From assembly GCA_905178155.1 (NCBI GenBank), contig CAJINV010000003.1:11167737-11231736 (forward strand): 64,000 nucleotides of DNA. The letters run 5' to 3'. The stretch's first letter is position 1. Each line of letters opens with the position of its first letter. Positions 40,001-51,654 of the stretch are shown in pieces. A program made the position numbers and the translations under genes. The notes below the pieces were generated by a model. It was not told the DNA's origin. It did no database searches and saw nothing but the letters and a program-made list of their open reading frames with translations. The DNA comes from Amoebophrya sp. A120 (lineage: Eukaryota > Protista > Dinoflagellata).

Positions 40001-43000
40001 TGTTTGCGCCAGGGGGGGACTGGCACGCGATTCCTCATTGGGAGCAGTATTCGTTCGTATGCAGTCACCGCGTCCATTTCTCACCACCAGCACCTCCGGC
40101 CCACCAGCTCACGACCTATCCAGCTCCCCCGGGTGGTCTGCCGACAGTCACGGAGTACGCTTCCTGCGTTTGTCCCTCCGGACAGGAGAAGGTTGTCGTG
40201 AACGCCACCCACGACACCTGCCAGGAGATCGACGATTGCGCGGGCAATCCGTGTGGACAGGCGGCCTACGGATTGCAGCACATTTGTGTGGATTTGCAGA
40301 ACCGCCACGAGTGCGAGTGCGCGGCGGGCCACGACCGGATACTCGTTGACTTCAGCCCAACCAACCAGCAGACCAGGAACCAAACGTGCCAAGTCCGCGA
40401 TAATTGCAAGGTCAACGCCGAAAATTTTTGCCAGGTACCACAAATCCCTAATCAGGGATCATCGTTAACACCGACGAGGAAAACAAGGATGCTGCAAGAG
40501 CAGGAATGGAATGAGTGTGAAAACACCGTGGAAGGATACACGTGTAAGTGCGCACCCAGTACGCACAGAAGCGAAAGTCGCCATCCGGCCCACTACTACC
40601 ACGACGCCGAGGGGACAATGCGGGAGTCGGTTTCCACCCACACTTCCAACCAGTTCTGCGTCCCGCACTCGACTTACTGTGCAGAGACCTGCTTCGACGG
40701 AATTCTCGCCGAGTTTGGGAGTCCGCTTTTCAGCATCTGGATTCGGGAAAGGGACCGGGAGATGATGCAGCTAATCCGCGACAAAAGGTACGGTAGGGAT
40801 CTGGTCGAAGGTCCTGGTCTGAACCTGTTGGACACATGCGTCCGGTACTTTGACGCGAAACGAAACACCGGCAACGAAACCGATGGCGACGCTTTCATGT
40901 CACACAACGCGTACGGGACCGCCCCGGATAAGCAGTGGACCTGCTGCTTGCTTTACGAGAACTATCTGGGTTGCCGAGCGCAAAGGTGCGGACTGACGCA
41001 GGACAAGTTCGCCGATTCCTACTACTCGACATGCGAAGTGGCAACTGGCGTGGCCTCCGGTGGCCTCTCGCCAGCGTCCCATCTGACCGAGACCACGTTT
41101 CTCCGCGGTCAGTACGTGCTCGAGTTCTCCTCGGTTGGGCGGCGCGACGCATTTTGGTCCCTGCTGGCAACCGAAAGTCCGCAGGGGCAAACCCTGTCGG
41201 AGGTCCGGGAAGTGCTCCGCTCGGAGTCGCTGACAAAAAACATCTTTCCGCAGGACGGGTTTGACGCCTGGATTCACGTGCGCAATGGATCTCTGGTGCC
41301 GCAATTCTTGCGTCTGCCTAACGGGTCTTACACAAACCAAATGAAGTTTCCCGTATCGAGGTCCGGGTCCATCTCGACGCGAGACATTGGCTCATCAAGT
41401 TTTGCAGATCGCCACCTCGTGGCCTCCGTGCTACTTGGGCCCGTCGATTTGGAGCGCGTTCAAGTTGTATCGACATCATCTCTTCAGTTGGTGCCTTTAA
41501 GGACCGGCTTGCTGCATGATTTGCGTTCCCTCCTGTCGCAGCATTCGCGGGAATACGTGCGCGCTCACGCGCAGGACGAACTGAACGCCCGGACTCATTG
41601 CGAAGATGGCACCTACAATGCTACGATTTTTAGTAGCGCGGAGGAACTGGCGTCAGTTTTCGCCAACACCAGCGCAATATCCGCGCTACTTGCTCCTGCT
41701 TCTAGCGCTGCTGTATCGATCCCAGCACCGAAAATGCGGGGACTGGCCCCTTCCACCCTTGGCACTACCATTGCTGGGTCTACTACGTTTTACTCAGAAA
41801 CAGGTGACCGAAAAGCAAAACAGGCCGAGAAGGCGATTTTAGTACGACCAGCCAGCTCTTCATCCTCCTCGTCTCGCTTGTTGAGCTACACTTCGGGAAG
41901 CATCGTGAATGGGCAGCAGGCAGCGCCTGAAACTGGGCTGGAGCATGTGCACTACGTGAACCCAAGCACGCAGCAAGTGACGGTCTGTCCCTTAAATGTC
42001 TGCGTTTACTTGAAAACAAACTTCGGGCGATGGGTGCAGGTAGATGCGAATGGGGATGTGAAGACGCGCACAACGCACGACTGTGAGCAGACGCAATGCC
42101 TGCACGGTGGCTGGGAGTGCTTTTACTTCACCCAGGAGGGAACCGACGGCCACACGGCCACAGGAGCAAGCACGTTCTTCTTGAAGAACATGGCGCACGG
42201 TAAATACTTGTGGGGCACGCAGGCTGGCAGCGTGGGCACCCAGAGTTGGGCGCAGACCGGGGAGCGGTGGAGCGTGCTGGTCAAGCAAGCGGAAGACCCG
42301 TCGGACAATCGCATAACGATGGCGTACGAGAACTACGAGGTGACCGAAAACGCTGGACAGGCGGACAGCCAGATGTCGCAGGAGGGCAGCGCGGATGGCG
42401 ATATCAAGTACGGGCTGAACGGCGATTGGGAGCGGTTTTTCACCCGGGACATGTGGGGCAACGCAGCGTGCCACGAACCAAAGCGGCCCAGTCGAGTATT
42501 CACCGGCTTCCACTGTAACGTCGGCCACAAAGTGAAGATCCGACACTCGCACAGCGGTCGGCTTTTGCACATGGCGGCCGGCGGAACCGCGGTAGGTGTG
42601 GATCAGCAGATTTATCTTCCAGCTACCACTGACACCGAAACGGACATGAACCTCAACAAAGCGGTGTGGTACATGACGAATTGCGGATTTGACGCCGTCT
42701 GCTTCCGCTCGATGCCAAACAAACACTACTTGTCCGCGGACGGCGGGTCAAATGTGTGGCGGGTGTCGGGTGAGAGCAGCATCGCGGGCTGGCACGATTG
42801 GGAAAGAATGGAAATGAGAAGCGTCGAGTCTTCTTCTAACACGACGTGCGTGTTCTCCCTGGCGCATGCGAAGACCCTATCGGAAAATCAGTCGGAAGCC
42901 GACGCCGACAAAAGAGACCAAATGCACACAAGTTGCGGCGCATCGGAACGCTGGGAGATCGTCGACGCCACGGATGCCACTCAGCACCGCTGCCACTGGT

Positions 43001-46000
43001 ACACAACTACGACCACAACCTCAACTGCTCCTGTTGTAGCCGCGACGACCGTGACACCATCGGCGAACGCCACAGCTCCTGCTACGACTACGACGTCACC
43101 GACTACAAGCGTACCGACGACTCCAACCGCCACCACAACTGTTCTGTCGTCGCACGGGGTGTGGTACCCACAGGAGCTGCTGAAACGGGCACAGTATGCA
43201 TTGCAAAAGTATCGTGCTTCTGCTTGTACAATTCACATGGTTGGTCATGGTAGATTTTTTCGATTTCAGGGGAGCAACTGTTGTCATGCGTGTGCAGGGT
43301 GGTATTGGTCTTGGTCAGCAGATCTATCACACAGAGTACGACTGCGATACTTTTGCAACGCATAAGCAGAGAAGAGGATACTACGCTGGACCGCCGGGTT
43401 GTCGTGTTTGCCGCGACAACGAAGAACTTGCGAGCTACCTGGATGAAGTTATCGCCCTGTGCCCCGAAGAGAGCGCGCTGCGGCGTGCAAATCAACCGGT
43501 CGCTTTATGTGCCTGCCTGATGAACCACGGCGCCTGCATGATGCAGCTGCGAAGCGGTTTAGTTTCGGGTAAGTTGAACTCCCGCCCTGTAATGCTTGGG
43601 GAGACTCTGTGTCCGTTCTATTGTGCCCACTACAATTCAACGCCCACCTGCCATACGTATCCAGTGAAAGAGTATCGCGCTGCTAGTACTATTAGTTTGC
43701 ATCAGATATAAATATATTTGCTCAGCATTAAATGCAAATGCGGAGAAGTTTGTCGTACTGGCTGACCTTAGGAGCGAGGTTCGTCTTGTTGATGCTTGAT
43801 TGCAATTCGTACGAATGCGATACGACTTTTGCGCAGGATAATACGAGATCAACGCCAATATCGAGCTCGGCCTCGTCTGACTTTGGTTCCGCCTGGGCGC
43901 CCCGGGGTTACACTCTCGAAGTGGCCTTGCAGCAACAGCCGGACCGAGACACCCTGAGGGCTCTGTTGGCTTGGGGAGAAGGCTTCGAAGGTGAGATCGT
44001 CGCCACAATGCGGGACGCATTCTTCCGACGGAACCGAGACACCGCCCCGGATGCGATCCGAACTCCAGCGGAGGTGTTTTATGCATCCAGCCCCAGCTTC
44101 TATCGCACTGGTGCAAATACCCCCGGGACATTGCAGCCGAATGCGATGAGTCTACACCTGACGAGTCAATTCGCAGTCACTGGCTGTGCCCCACTTTTCA
44201 CCGAGGCCCCGCTCGCTTCTCCTTCGACGACGAGCGGTGGCAGCACGGCGGCCGTGCGTCGCGAAACTGAAGTTCCTGAAGATGAGCCTAATCTCATGCT
44301 GCAGAACCGGCTAGGACGACAGCAGCTCCACTCATCAGCGAAGAAGATACGGAGAAAACCATTATTCTTCAGGCGTCTGGATCACGATCCTGGCACACCA
44401 GCTGCGACGAGTAGCAGTACCACTGTGCCGATGTTCAGTCAAGAACTGCTGAGGACCATGTACACCGCAGACAACTTGCCTTATCCTGCGGAACGCCCAA
44501 CACCCCTGCCGCCACGGGCGTACACATACGACCTCAACAGCGCTGCCTTAGAAGCATGCCTCAAGCGGACGGGGTCGAGTCTTTTTGTACCCGCCGGCAA
44601 ACAGTGCTACGTCGCTTGCAGCAGTGACGCGAGTACCGCCGGCGCGTCCTCGAGTAGCATTTCGTCGGCTGCAGCTTCGCCAGGTAGTAGTTCGGCAGCA
44701 AGCTCCACAGCGAACTACTTCTCTTGCCCGGCGGCACAGGCGGATACTACAGGCGCTGTTGCGGAAGCCGCCACTGCAGGCACGCAATCGTCTGGCACGG
44801 CTTCCACCGCGGACGCCGCGCGAGGTGGGGGGTTTCAACTGATAGGCCCCGGCTGTGGGTCGTTGGACTGCGACCCCCTGGAGGCGCAGATGGTTCCGGG
44901 AGGGGAGCTCGGAGCCCTGGAAATCTTGTATACCTGGAAAGCGCCGACGTCCCCAGAAACCGGCATGCTGACGCTCGTCCGCAGTCTGGACGAGGTGCTC
45001 TACGCGACCGCGCCAGCCGGCGCCGCCGAGACCTCGCTCGTGTCAGCGCGGAGTGTATTGGACTCGGCGGTCCAGCCTGGGAGCGGACCACCGCCCACGT
45101 ACGAGGGAGTCATGTCCCGCGCGTACGTGGTTGGATGCCGGCTGCCCACGTTCAGCCCGAGCTCTGCCATATACCAGGGAGTGTGCGTGAACGGGGACTA
45201 CCGGGGCTTCCCGGACGAAAATCCGTGCTCGGTAGGCCGGCAGTGCAGTTTTCAGCCACCCGCAGCTAACGGCATCGAAGCCCCTACCTGTTCGGGCGAG
45301 AATCTCTTTTCGGCAACATCGCCCCTGGAACAAATGGGAGCGGGCTCAGTCGACGGTGAAAACGTGGCATCCCGGCGAACAGCTAGCGGAGAAGTAGAAC
45401 CAGCCACGGCTGAAGCAGCAAGAATGAGAAGTACACTGGGCGCTACAACGCCTTCCGCTGTTTATTTGCGACGCAGAACCTCCTCGGCCACTTCGTCAGC
45501 AGATGAATCCTCGAGTGCAGCGGGGGGTGCGACTATCTCCAGCATGAGTGGCGACCAGTGCAGCATCTACTGCGCTTCGGTTGGCGCAGGAGGTGCAGCG
45601 CGTGGCGGTGTCTCTTTCATGAAGACATCAGCAGCTGAGGAGACCCGGGTTCTGCCGCCCGAGGCCCAAGAGTACCTGCGTTTGCAGGACGCACACGCGG
45701 GAGGAGAAAATATTAAAAATCCGGAAGTTGCAGACCCGCTCCCGGCGCTGCCCGTCACGGAAGCGCCGACGCAGGGATACACGACCGCGTACGGCACCAC
45801 CGTAGCCACAGACCACACGCAAATAGAGTCCGTGGAGCGGGTGTGCCACGACGGGGCTTTTTACACTCTGTACGACTTGGAGGAACTGCGGCAAAGCAGG
45901 GCGTCCACCATCACCGACAGCCCGACAACGTTCGATGCGACGCGTGTGAACCTGTTTCCGACTTGCGCCTCGTCCGCGGTAGCCGAGGTGGAGGAGATCA

Positions 46001-49000
46001 AGGTCGTCAAGTGCGAACTGGCATTCTCCCTGAGTGACGCGTTTTTCGCCTCGCTGGGGCCCGCATTCGTGTCAGGTTCAAGCGAGGAAGCAGCTCCACT
46101 GACCGGCGCTTCTACCGGGGGCGACGGTGTGGAGGAAGGGGCAGCTCTACCAAGTGCCGCAACCCGTGCCCCAAAAGTGATTCCGGGGGGGTCACCCGAG
46201 CAGACGTTGCCTCCGCCTCCGGTGGTCACGGAAGAAACCATCGCGGAGCGAATCACCGCACCCCGCACCGTCACGCAGGCCGAAAAGCAAAAAGCTGCGC
46301 AGGTTACAAGCAACATTGACAGTATCGCGATCGTGCTGCGCAACTCTCTGATCTCAACGGTTTCCCCGGACGACACCCTGCTTATAAATTCCTTCATATC
46401 GTCGAGTGCAAATATGTCTGGGTCGCGCGAAAATTGTCTGCTTATGTTCGTCGCGAAACACAGGTATGGTAATGGTCGTCTGGGATGCACACTACAGAGG
46501 CATCACAGATGCTTCGGGACCGTCGTGCCTGTTCCGCATAAGAAGTCCGTGTCCGCCTTTTGATGCCTATAAAGAAGTGGGAAGGTTACGGTGTTCAAGC
46601 GTCACTGAGTGTTTTACGATCAAGACTTTGCATGTTGACAACCCAGACATGTTCGCAATGCATGCTTCACGATGAACGGCGACATCACCGTGAACGTCGC
46701 GTACTACGGCCGCCGGCGTCGCCGTCGGCTTGGCGGGGCACTTGAAGTAGATTCGCGAAGTGCTGAAGCAGCAGAAGAGCCCACATCAACACGGGCAGCG
46801 GTCGACCCGAAGGAGAGAGATCAAAATGCTGCACAGGAGGTAGGAGAAAGAACACCCACGTACGACTTGGACGACGACGTGGACGATGTTTTTCTTCTCA
46901 CGACGAGCAGCAGCAGAGAAATAAAGCAGGCAGATCAATTGCAGTGGCAGCGCGAGCTTACGACGGGGTCCTCGTCGACCACATCGCTGAAGTTCGATTT
47001 CGAGGTGAAGTTCAAAGGCACCGACGCCGCCACCAAAGCCGACGCTGTCAGTTCCGCGATCTCCGCTGCGCCCAGCAGTGGTCCGGGCGCTCCTTCTAGT
47101 GGCAACACGACTTCGGCCTTCGAAGACGCCTTCACGGCCAGCTTCTCCACTGTGTTCGGGGTCTCGCAGTCTGCCATCGGCGGGATCTCGACCTCCGCCA
47201 CGGCCGCCACAGTTTTCGTGGAAAAGAACCGCTGGGAGTACGATCCCTGGGGCAGCTGCACCAATACCTGCGGTTCGGGCACGCAAAGCCGCACCTATTT
47301 CTGCTACATTGCGTCCGGTGCCTTCGACGCAAACTGTCCCGCGGGGGTCTCGCACGTCACCGAGCAGCCGTGCGAGGACTGGACGGGCTGCCCTTTCTTG
47401 ATCACCTGTCCAGTGGGGCAGCGGTACGGCTGCGGATGGCAGACTGCCATGGTGCTCGGAGTCACGGGATTCCTCCTGCTATCGCTCGCAGTGTACCTCT
47501 ACCGGGGCTGTCGCCGCCCGCGGGGCGGGAAGACGAGTCTGAAACTCGAGGGCGTGAAACAGACGAGCGTTGCTTGGCGCAAGGCCTGGGACGAGGAAAA
47601 AGGGAAAACCAAAATCGTGTGGGACCTCATCCCAGATTTTCAGCCTGGCCTTGTCGTTGATGGACGGGCGGTACTAGACACCAAGGAAGTTGAGCTCGAC
47701 GTGTTCAAAACGTTAACTGTTGAAAATGAAAAACGAGAAGCGCCTCCCCTGTTACTCGTGAACAGTATGTCGGCCGAGGACAAAAAGCCTGGCGACGCGG
47801 ACCAAGCGGAAAAAACGAAAGAGGGAACAATAGGCCAAGAGGGCGAGGATGCGCCAGACATGCAGCAGCTGTCCGCCGGTGCCAAGAATTTACTTCTGAC
47901 CGCGGCCGACGAGGAGACTGCCGGCGCCGCGTTTGTTCGACGAGCAGCGAGCAAAGAAAACTTGCCCCCAGCTGCAAGGGCACTAGAGGACAGCACATTC
48001 CTGCCCCACTGCTTCCACCTCCACGCTCGCGTGGATTACTGGAGCGAGAGCGGGCAGGTCTATCTTCCGGCGATGGTCGAGTCTTTCGACGCGAAGATGC
48101 AGACGCTGAACCTGTCACTCCGGGGAAACATGAAGAGGCAACACGTTTCCTTCCACAACGTGGCCGTCCCGCTTTCTCCCGGCGAACCGGTGGAATTTAC
48201 CTGCGGCCCCTCAAGTGGTGCTGGCGCCAGTGCGGGGCTCGCACTGCTACCCTCGTCGGTTTCATCTGCGCGGAAGAGCAAGAGAGTGACCCAGGGCGGG
48301 GGCTCACCTTGGGGAAAAGACATCGACGCCGACGCAACCCCATCTACTCCGACGTTGAAGAGAGCGAGGACGACCGCGATCTCGGCACGAAGCTCCGAAG
48401 CCGCCATCTTTCCTGATGAAGAAGACGAGGAAAACCGCCGGATGCTATACGGGCGCTGGTTTGGACCTTGTCATGTGGTTAAGACGCTTGGGGGATCACG
48501 TGGATACGTCTTGGAATTGCGCCGGGAGCTCGGAGTAGCTGCAGCTGCGAACGGAAGTAGATCTGCAACCACAAGACCGGAAATCGAAGTAGAAGCAGGG
48601 GGAGCAGTAGCAGCACGGAGAAGTACAGAAACAAGTAACAAAAGCTCGAACTTAGACCTTGGCACACGCGCGTCGAGCTGCCGGCGCTTTGTGGTCTCCG
48701 AGCGGTTGAATGTACGAAGGTTTTTCGCCCCGAGCGACGAGGTTCTGGTTTTTCGCAACCAAACTTGGCTGCGTGGGGTGGTGGTGGAAGCGAAGACTTC
48801 GACGAAAGTCCAAGAGGACGCAGCTACTCGCGCAGCTACAGTTGCGCAGGACCGTAAGCAAACTGAAAGCGAAACCCTCACGACTCCCGCAGAAGCCGTC
48901 AGAATGTTGAAACTGAAAGATGAGGGCGATGATGACGCAGGCAACGACGCGCCGCGTGACCACTTGGAGGTCATGCGGAAAGCCATCGACGAACTCGACG

Positions 49001-49608
49001 CCCGCTTCGATTTTTTGTCGCGGTCGCCACGGAAATCGGGCCCCCGGAAAAGTACAACCCAGCGTCTCGCCGACAGTTCCCAGGAGGCTTTCGCCACCCC
49101 CTTCACCGCCAGGGTGGTGGCAACCCCTTCGCCCTCGAGAGTCTCAAGAAGCGCTCACCAAAGCACATCTCCCGCTTTGGGGCATCAGCGAGGGCCTGTG
49201 CTTGCAAGAGCCGCAACCTCGGGGGCGATATTAACAGCATCTCCCCCACCCACCACTCCCGCACGTGCGAGTAGATTCGACGCTGCCGAGGAAACGAACA
49301 GGTGGGAGCAGGCGCAGGGTTCTTGTTTCAACCACCGTTTGATTCTGGTTCGCTGGCCGAAGCAAGAAAATCTTGGTGCAGTAGACCTCGATCATCGAAA
49401 GGGTGCAGCTCTAGGAGAGCTGAAAAATAGAAGCCTGGACGGTGAAAATCAAGAGCAAGACTGGGTAAACTTGGATCTGGAGCCAGTATTGCCGGTCGCT
49501 CTTGCGAGGCCTGCCGACGCGGAGCAGTTTGGCATTGTCGTGCAAGCCAGTTCCTCGCCATCACCCGGTCCCCTAGTGCTGCCTCAGGCGGAAAAAGAAA
49601 AAGAATAA
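31005..49608 (+). CDS. Giant (~5,700 aa) type-I membrane adhesin/receptor, paralog B: signal peptide, Cys-rich modules, 3x CxxGGGC (resistin-like) repeats, PAN/apple, Ca-EGF, 3x FIQLGDWR repeats, C-type lectin, fascin-like beta-trefoils, SEA-like, TSP1, TM, cytoplasmic SH3/Tudor-like region
   Basis: Exons 31005-31828, 32056-34529, 34737-34968, 35328-43194, 43370-43657, 43846-46396, 46670-49608 total 17175 nt (5725 codons) in frame. Hydrophobic MMMWLLVMLFKVASCEA near 31149; TSP1 WGSCTNTCGSGTQSRTYFC; TM VLGVTGFLLLSLAVYLY followed by YRGCRRP as in paralog A. Confidence 0.88.
31829..32050. mobile_element. Introner (DR decayed)
   Basis: TATCCTGCGCAAAAGT ... GCTTTTGCAATGTATG; flanks gccat/agcct; in frame. 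Confidence 0.7.
34530..34731. mobile_element. Introner
   Basis: TAGCTTGTGCAAAAGTATC ... GATACTTTTGCAATGCATG; perfect DR cgaca; the join completes the third CGG...K..V.C repeat (KFTCGGQGGGKHLQVMC). Confidence 0.9.
34969..35322. mobile_element. Introner with weak TIR
   Basis: TATGG ... CCATTTA; perfect DR gtcga; join YAVDFHPD in frame. Confidence 0.72.
43195..43364. mobile_element. Introner, TATGCATTGCAAAAG family
   Basis: TATGCATTGCAAAAGTATCG ... CGATACTTTTGCAACGCATA; DR cacag/agcag; join RAQRRGYY. Confidence 0.88.
43658..43840. mobile_element. Introner
   Basis: TATCCAGTGAAAGAG ... CTTTTGCGCAGGATA; perfect DR atacg; join CHTRSTP. Confidence 0.87.
46397..46664. mobile_element. Introner, GTCTGGGTC family
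   Basis: TATCGTCGAGTGCAAATATGTCTGGGT ... ACCCAGACATGTTCGCAATGCATG; perfect DR cttca; join INSFTMNGDITV matches uninterrupted paralog LKTYTVNGAVTI. Confidence 0.9.
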
Positions 49609-51654
49609 AAACGGAAGAAGCTTAGGCGAGTTACAGGTCGCTCGTCATCCGAAGTTAACGCGAAACGCATGAAGCCGTACTTATTTTTCGCCACTTACCG
49701 AAACTGTCTCATTTTAATTTTTTTCAGGGTATTAAGTTTAAGACGTAGGTCAAGGAAGGGGCAAGCAAGTTGAAAGTGGCAGATCAAGTATTCACATTGT
49801 CCGCTCGAAAAACACGAAAATGAATGCAAAATACTTAATTTTATATGTTGATGTGCTTCTACTTACACACAAAGATAACGATCCTCGTTGAAATTCTAAA
49901 GGACCAAAGTGATCGACACTGTTTTGTTTTTTTCCAAATTAATTTGTGCAAAACAAGAAAACGCGCACAGGTACGCTGCAAAAGCCGACCTAGTGATCGC
50001 GCTGAGTCGTGTGATACTTAAAATCTTGTATAATCTTCCCTCCACGTCTCCGTCACGTCCCGGATGCCGACCCGGTCCAGCAGCCGACGCAGGGGTTTTA
50101 GGGTTTAGACTTTTAGGGTTCTCCTATTTTGGACTTAAAATCTTGTATAATGTCGCGGCCGAAGAAGATGAAGAGTGGGTGGTGTATTGCGTTGCCATTT
50201 TTCTAGATGAATTTTTATATGTAGTGAGGTCACCGAACGGTTCTAACCGGGGAGTTTTTTTGCCATGTCCCGTGAAAAACGGCCGGCAGTTTCCAAGCGG
50301 GCGGAAGCGTTTTTGGACATAAAAAATTTGCAATTATCAAGCGGCCGGGGCTCTGCCATCAAACAAGCCCAGTCGAAAACTATCGACTCGCACTTGATAA
50401 AACGACGCAGGGGAGCCGGCAAAAGGGGCGCCCTTCTGAGGCGCCCACCCCCTTGGTTTCTGGCGATTTGGGGCGTCCAAAAAGGGGCGCGCAAAAAACG
50501 CGCCCAAAATCAGAACAGCGAAACAGCATGGCACGGCCGCGATTTCGGAGCATTTTGGGCGGCCGCGAAAGCGGCCGCCTTTTCGCCGGTTTCAGAGCCT
50601 GGGAAGCTTTGCAAAAAGCGCCGGCGTGAAAAATAAAAACGGGAAAAAGAAAAAGCGGCCCGCGCGCGCAAAGCCAATCCGCATGCTATGGGCCCGATTT
50701 TCCTTCGCTTTTTGGGCGCCCCCCGTGGCACCCGGATCGGCCCCATAGCATGGGGGCTGGCTTTCGGTAAGGAATTTCGGGAATTTGCCAAAATTTGCGA
50801 CGTTTCCCAAGTGGCCGCCATACCGTGCGGCATAACGCTACTCGCGGTGGTATGGCGAGCCCATAAAAAGCAAAGCCGCGGCCAAGGCTGCGGTCGGCAA
50901 AAAAACGCCCACGACCTCACTACCCCCGCCCCGGCGGCTATATTTGGTAGTTGAATGCACCAGCAACAGGGATGAGCTCCGTGTTCGTGAACGCCTGGTG
51001 AGTTTATTTCTTCTATTAAGCCGATCATGAATAAGCCTATGCAAAGCCGAGGAACCGTCCAAACAAGCTTGGGCGTTTGATCGTGTGGCTGAACCACAAT
51101 TATCTTAATCTTGAAAGATAACATTACCAGTGTATTTTTTAAACATGATGAGGACGCACAGTTGCAGAATGAGCATCACTAGGCCCAAAGCGTAAGTCAC
51201 CCAGTCTCAGTTGATTCGTGATGAATTTGCGATGAATTCGCGGATATTTTCACCGCATCAGGTTGTTAAAGTTGAAGACCAGCCTTCTGTAAGATGTGAG
51301 CCAAGAAGAGATTTAAGACAGCGCCAGCGCCTCTCTGTAGTTTTGCACGAGAAATTGCAACGAGAAATTCCAAGTGCTTGGTGAACAGCAGCGTTTTTTT
51401 CGTAGAACAAGAGAAGTTGAAGGGTCTGCTTGTTTAAAGATGTAATGGAAGACGAGTAGCACTTCGAAGATTTGGCTGGATGGGGACGATTTTTCTTGCG
51501 AACAAGTCACATAGGCATGCTTCTAGTTGTCGGCAATAGATTGAGGGTCTGCGAGGAGAAGAACGCTGTGAACATTATGTAAGAACTCGCGCCCATTGAT
51601 GTAGTCGTGAACGCTTCTAGTATACATCTGAGAATGCATAGGATCAGAAATTCC

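Noticed and set aside
150-49564. Numerous antisense and alternate-frame ORFs overlapping the large genes
   Set aside because: Shadow ORFs expected from GC-rich coding sequence; no domains.
1-49608. Giant genes as frameshifted pseudogenes, or an alternative genetic code
   Set aside because: Every break coincides with a TIR/direct-repeat insert whose removal restores frame; multi-kb exons are stop-free under the standard code.
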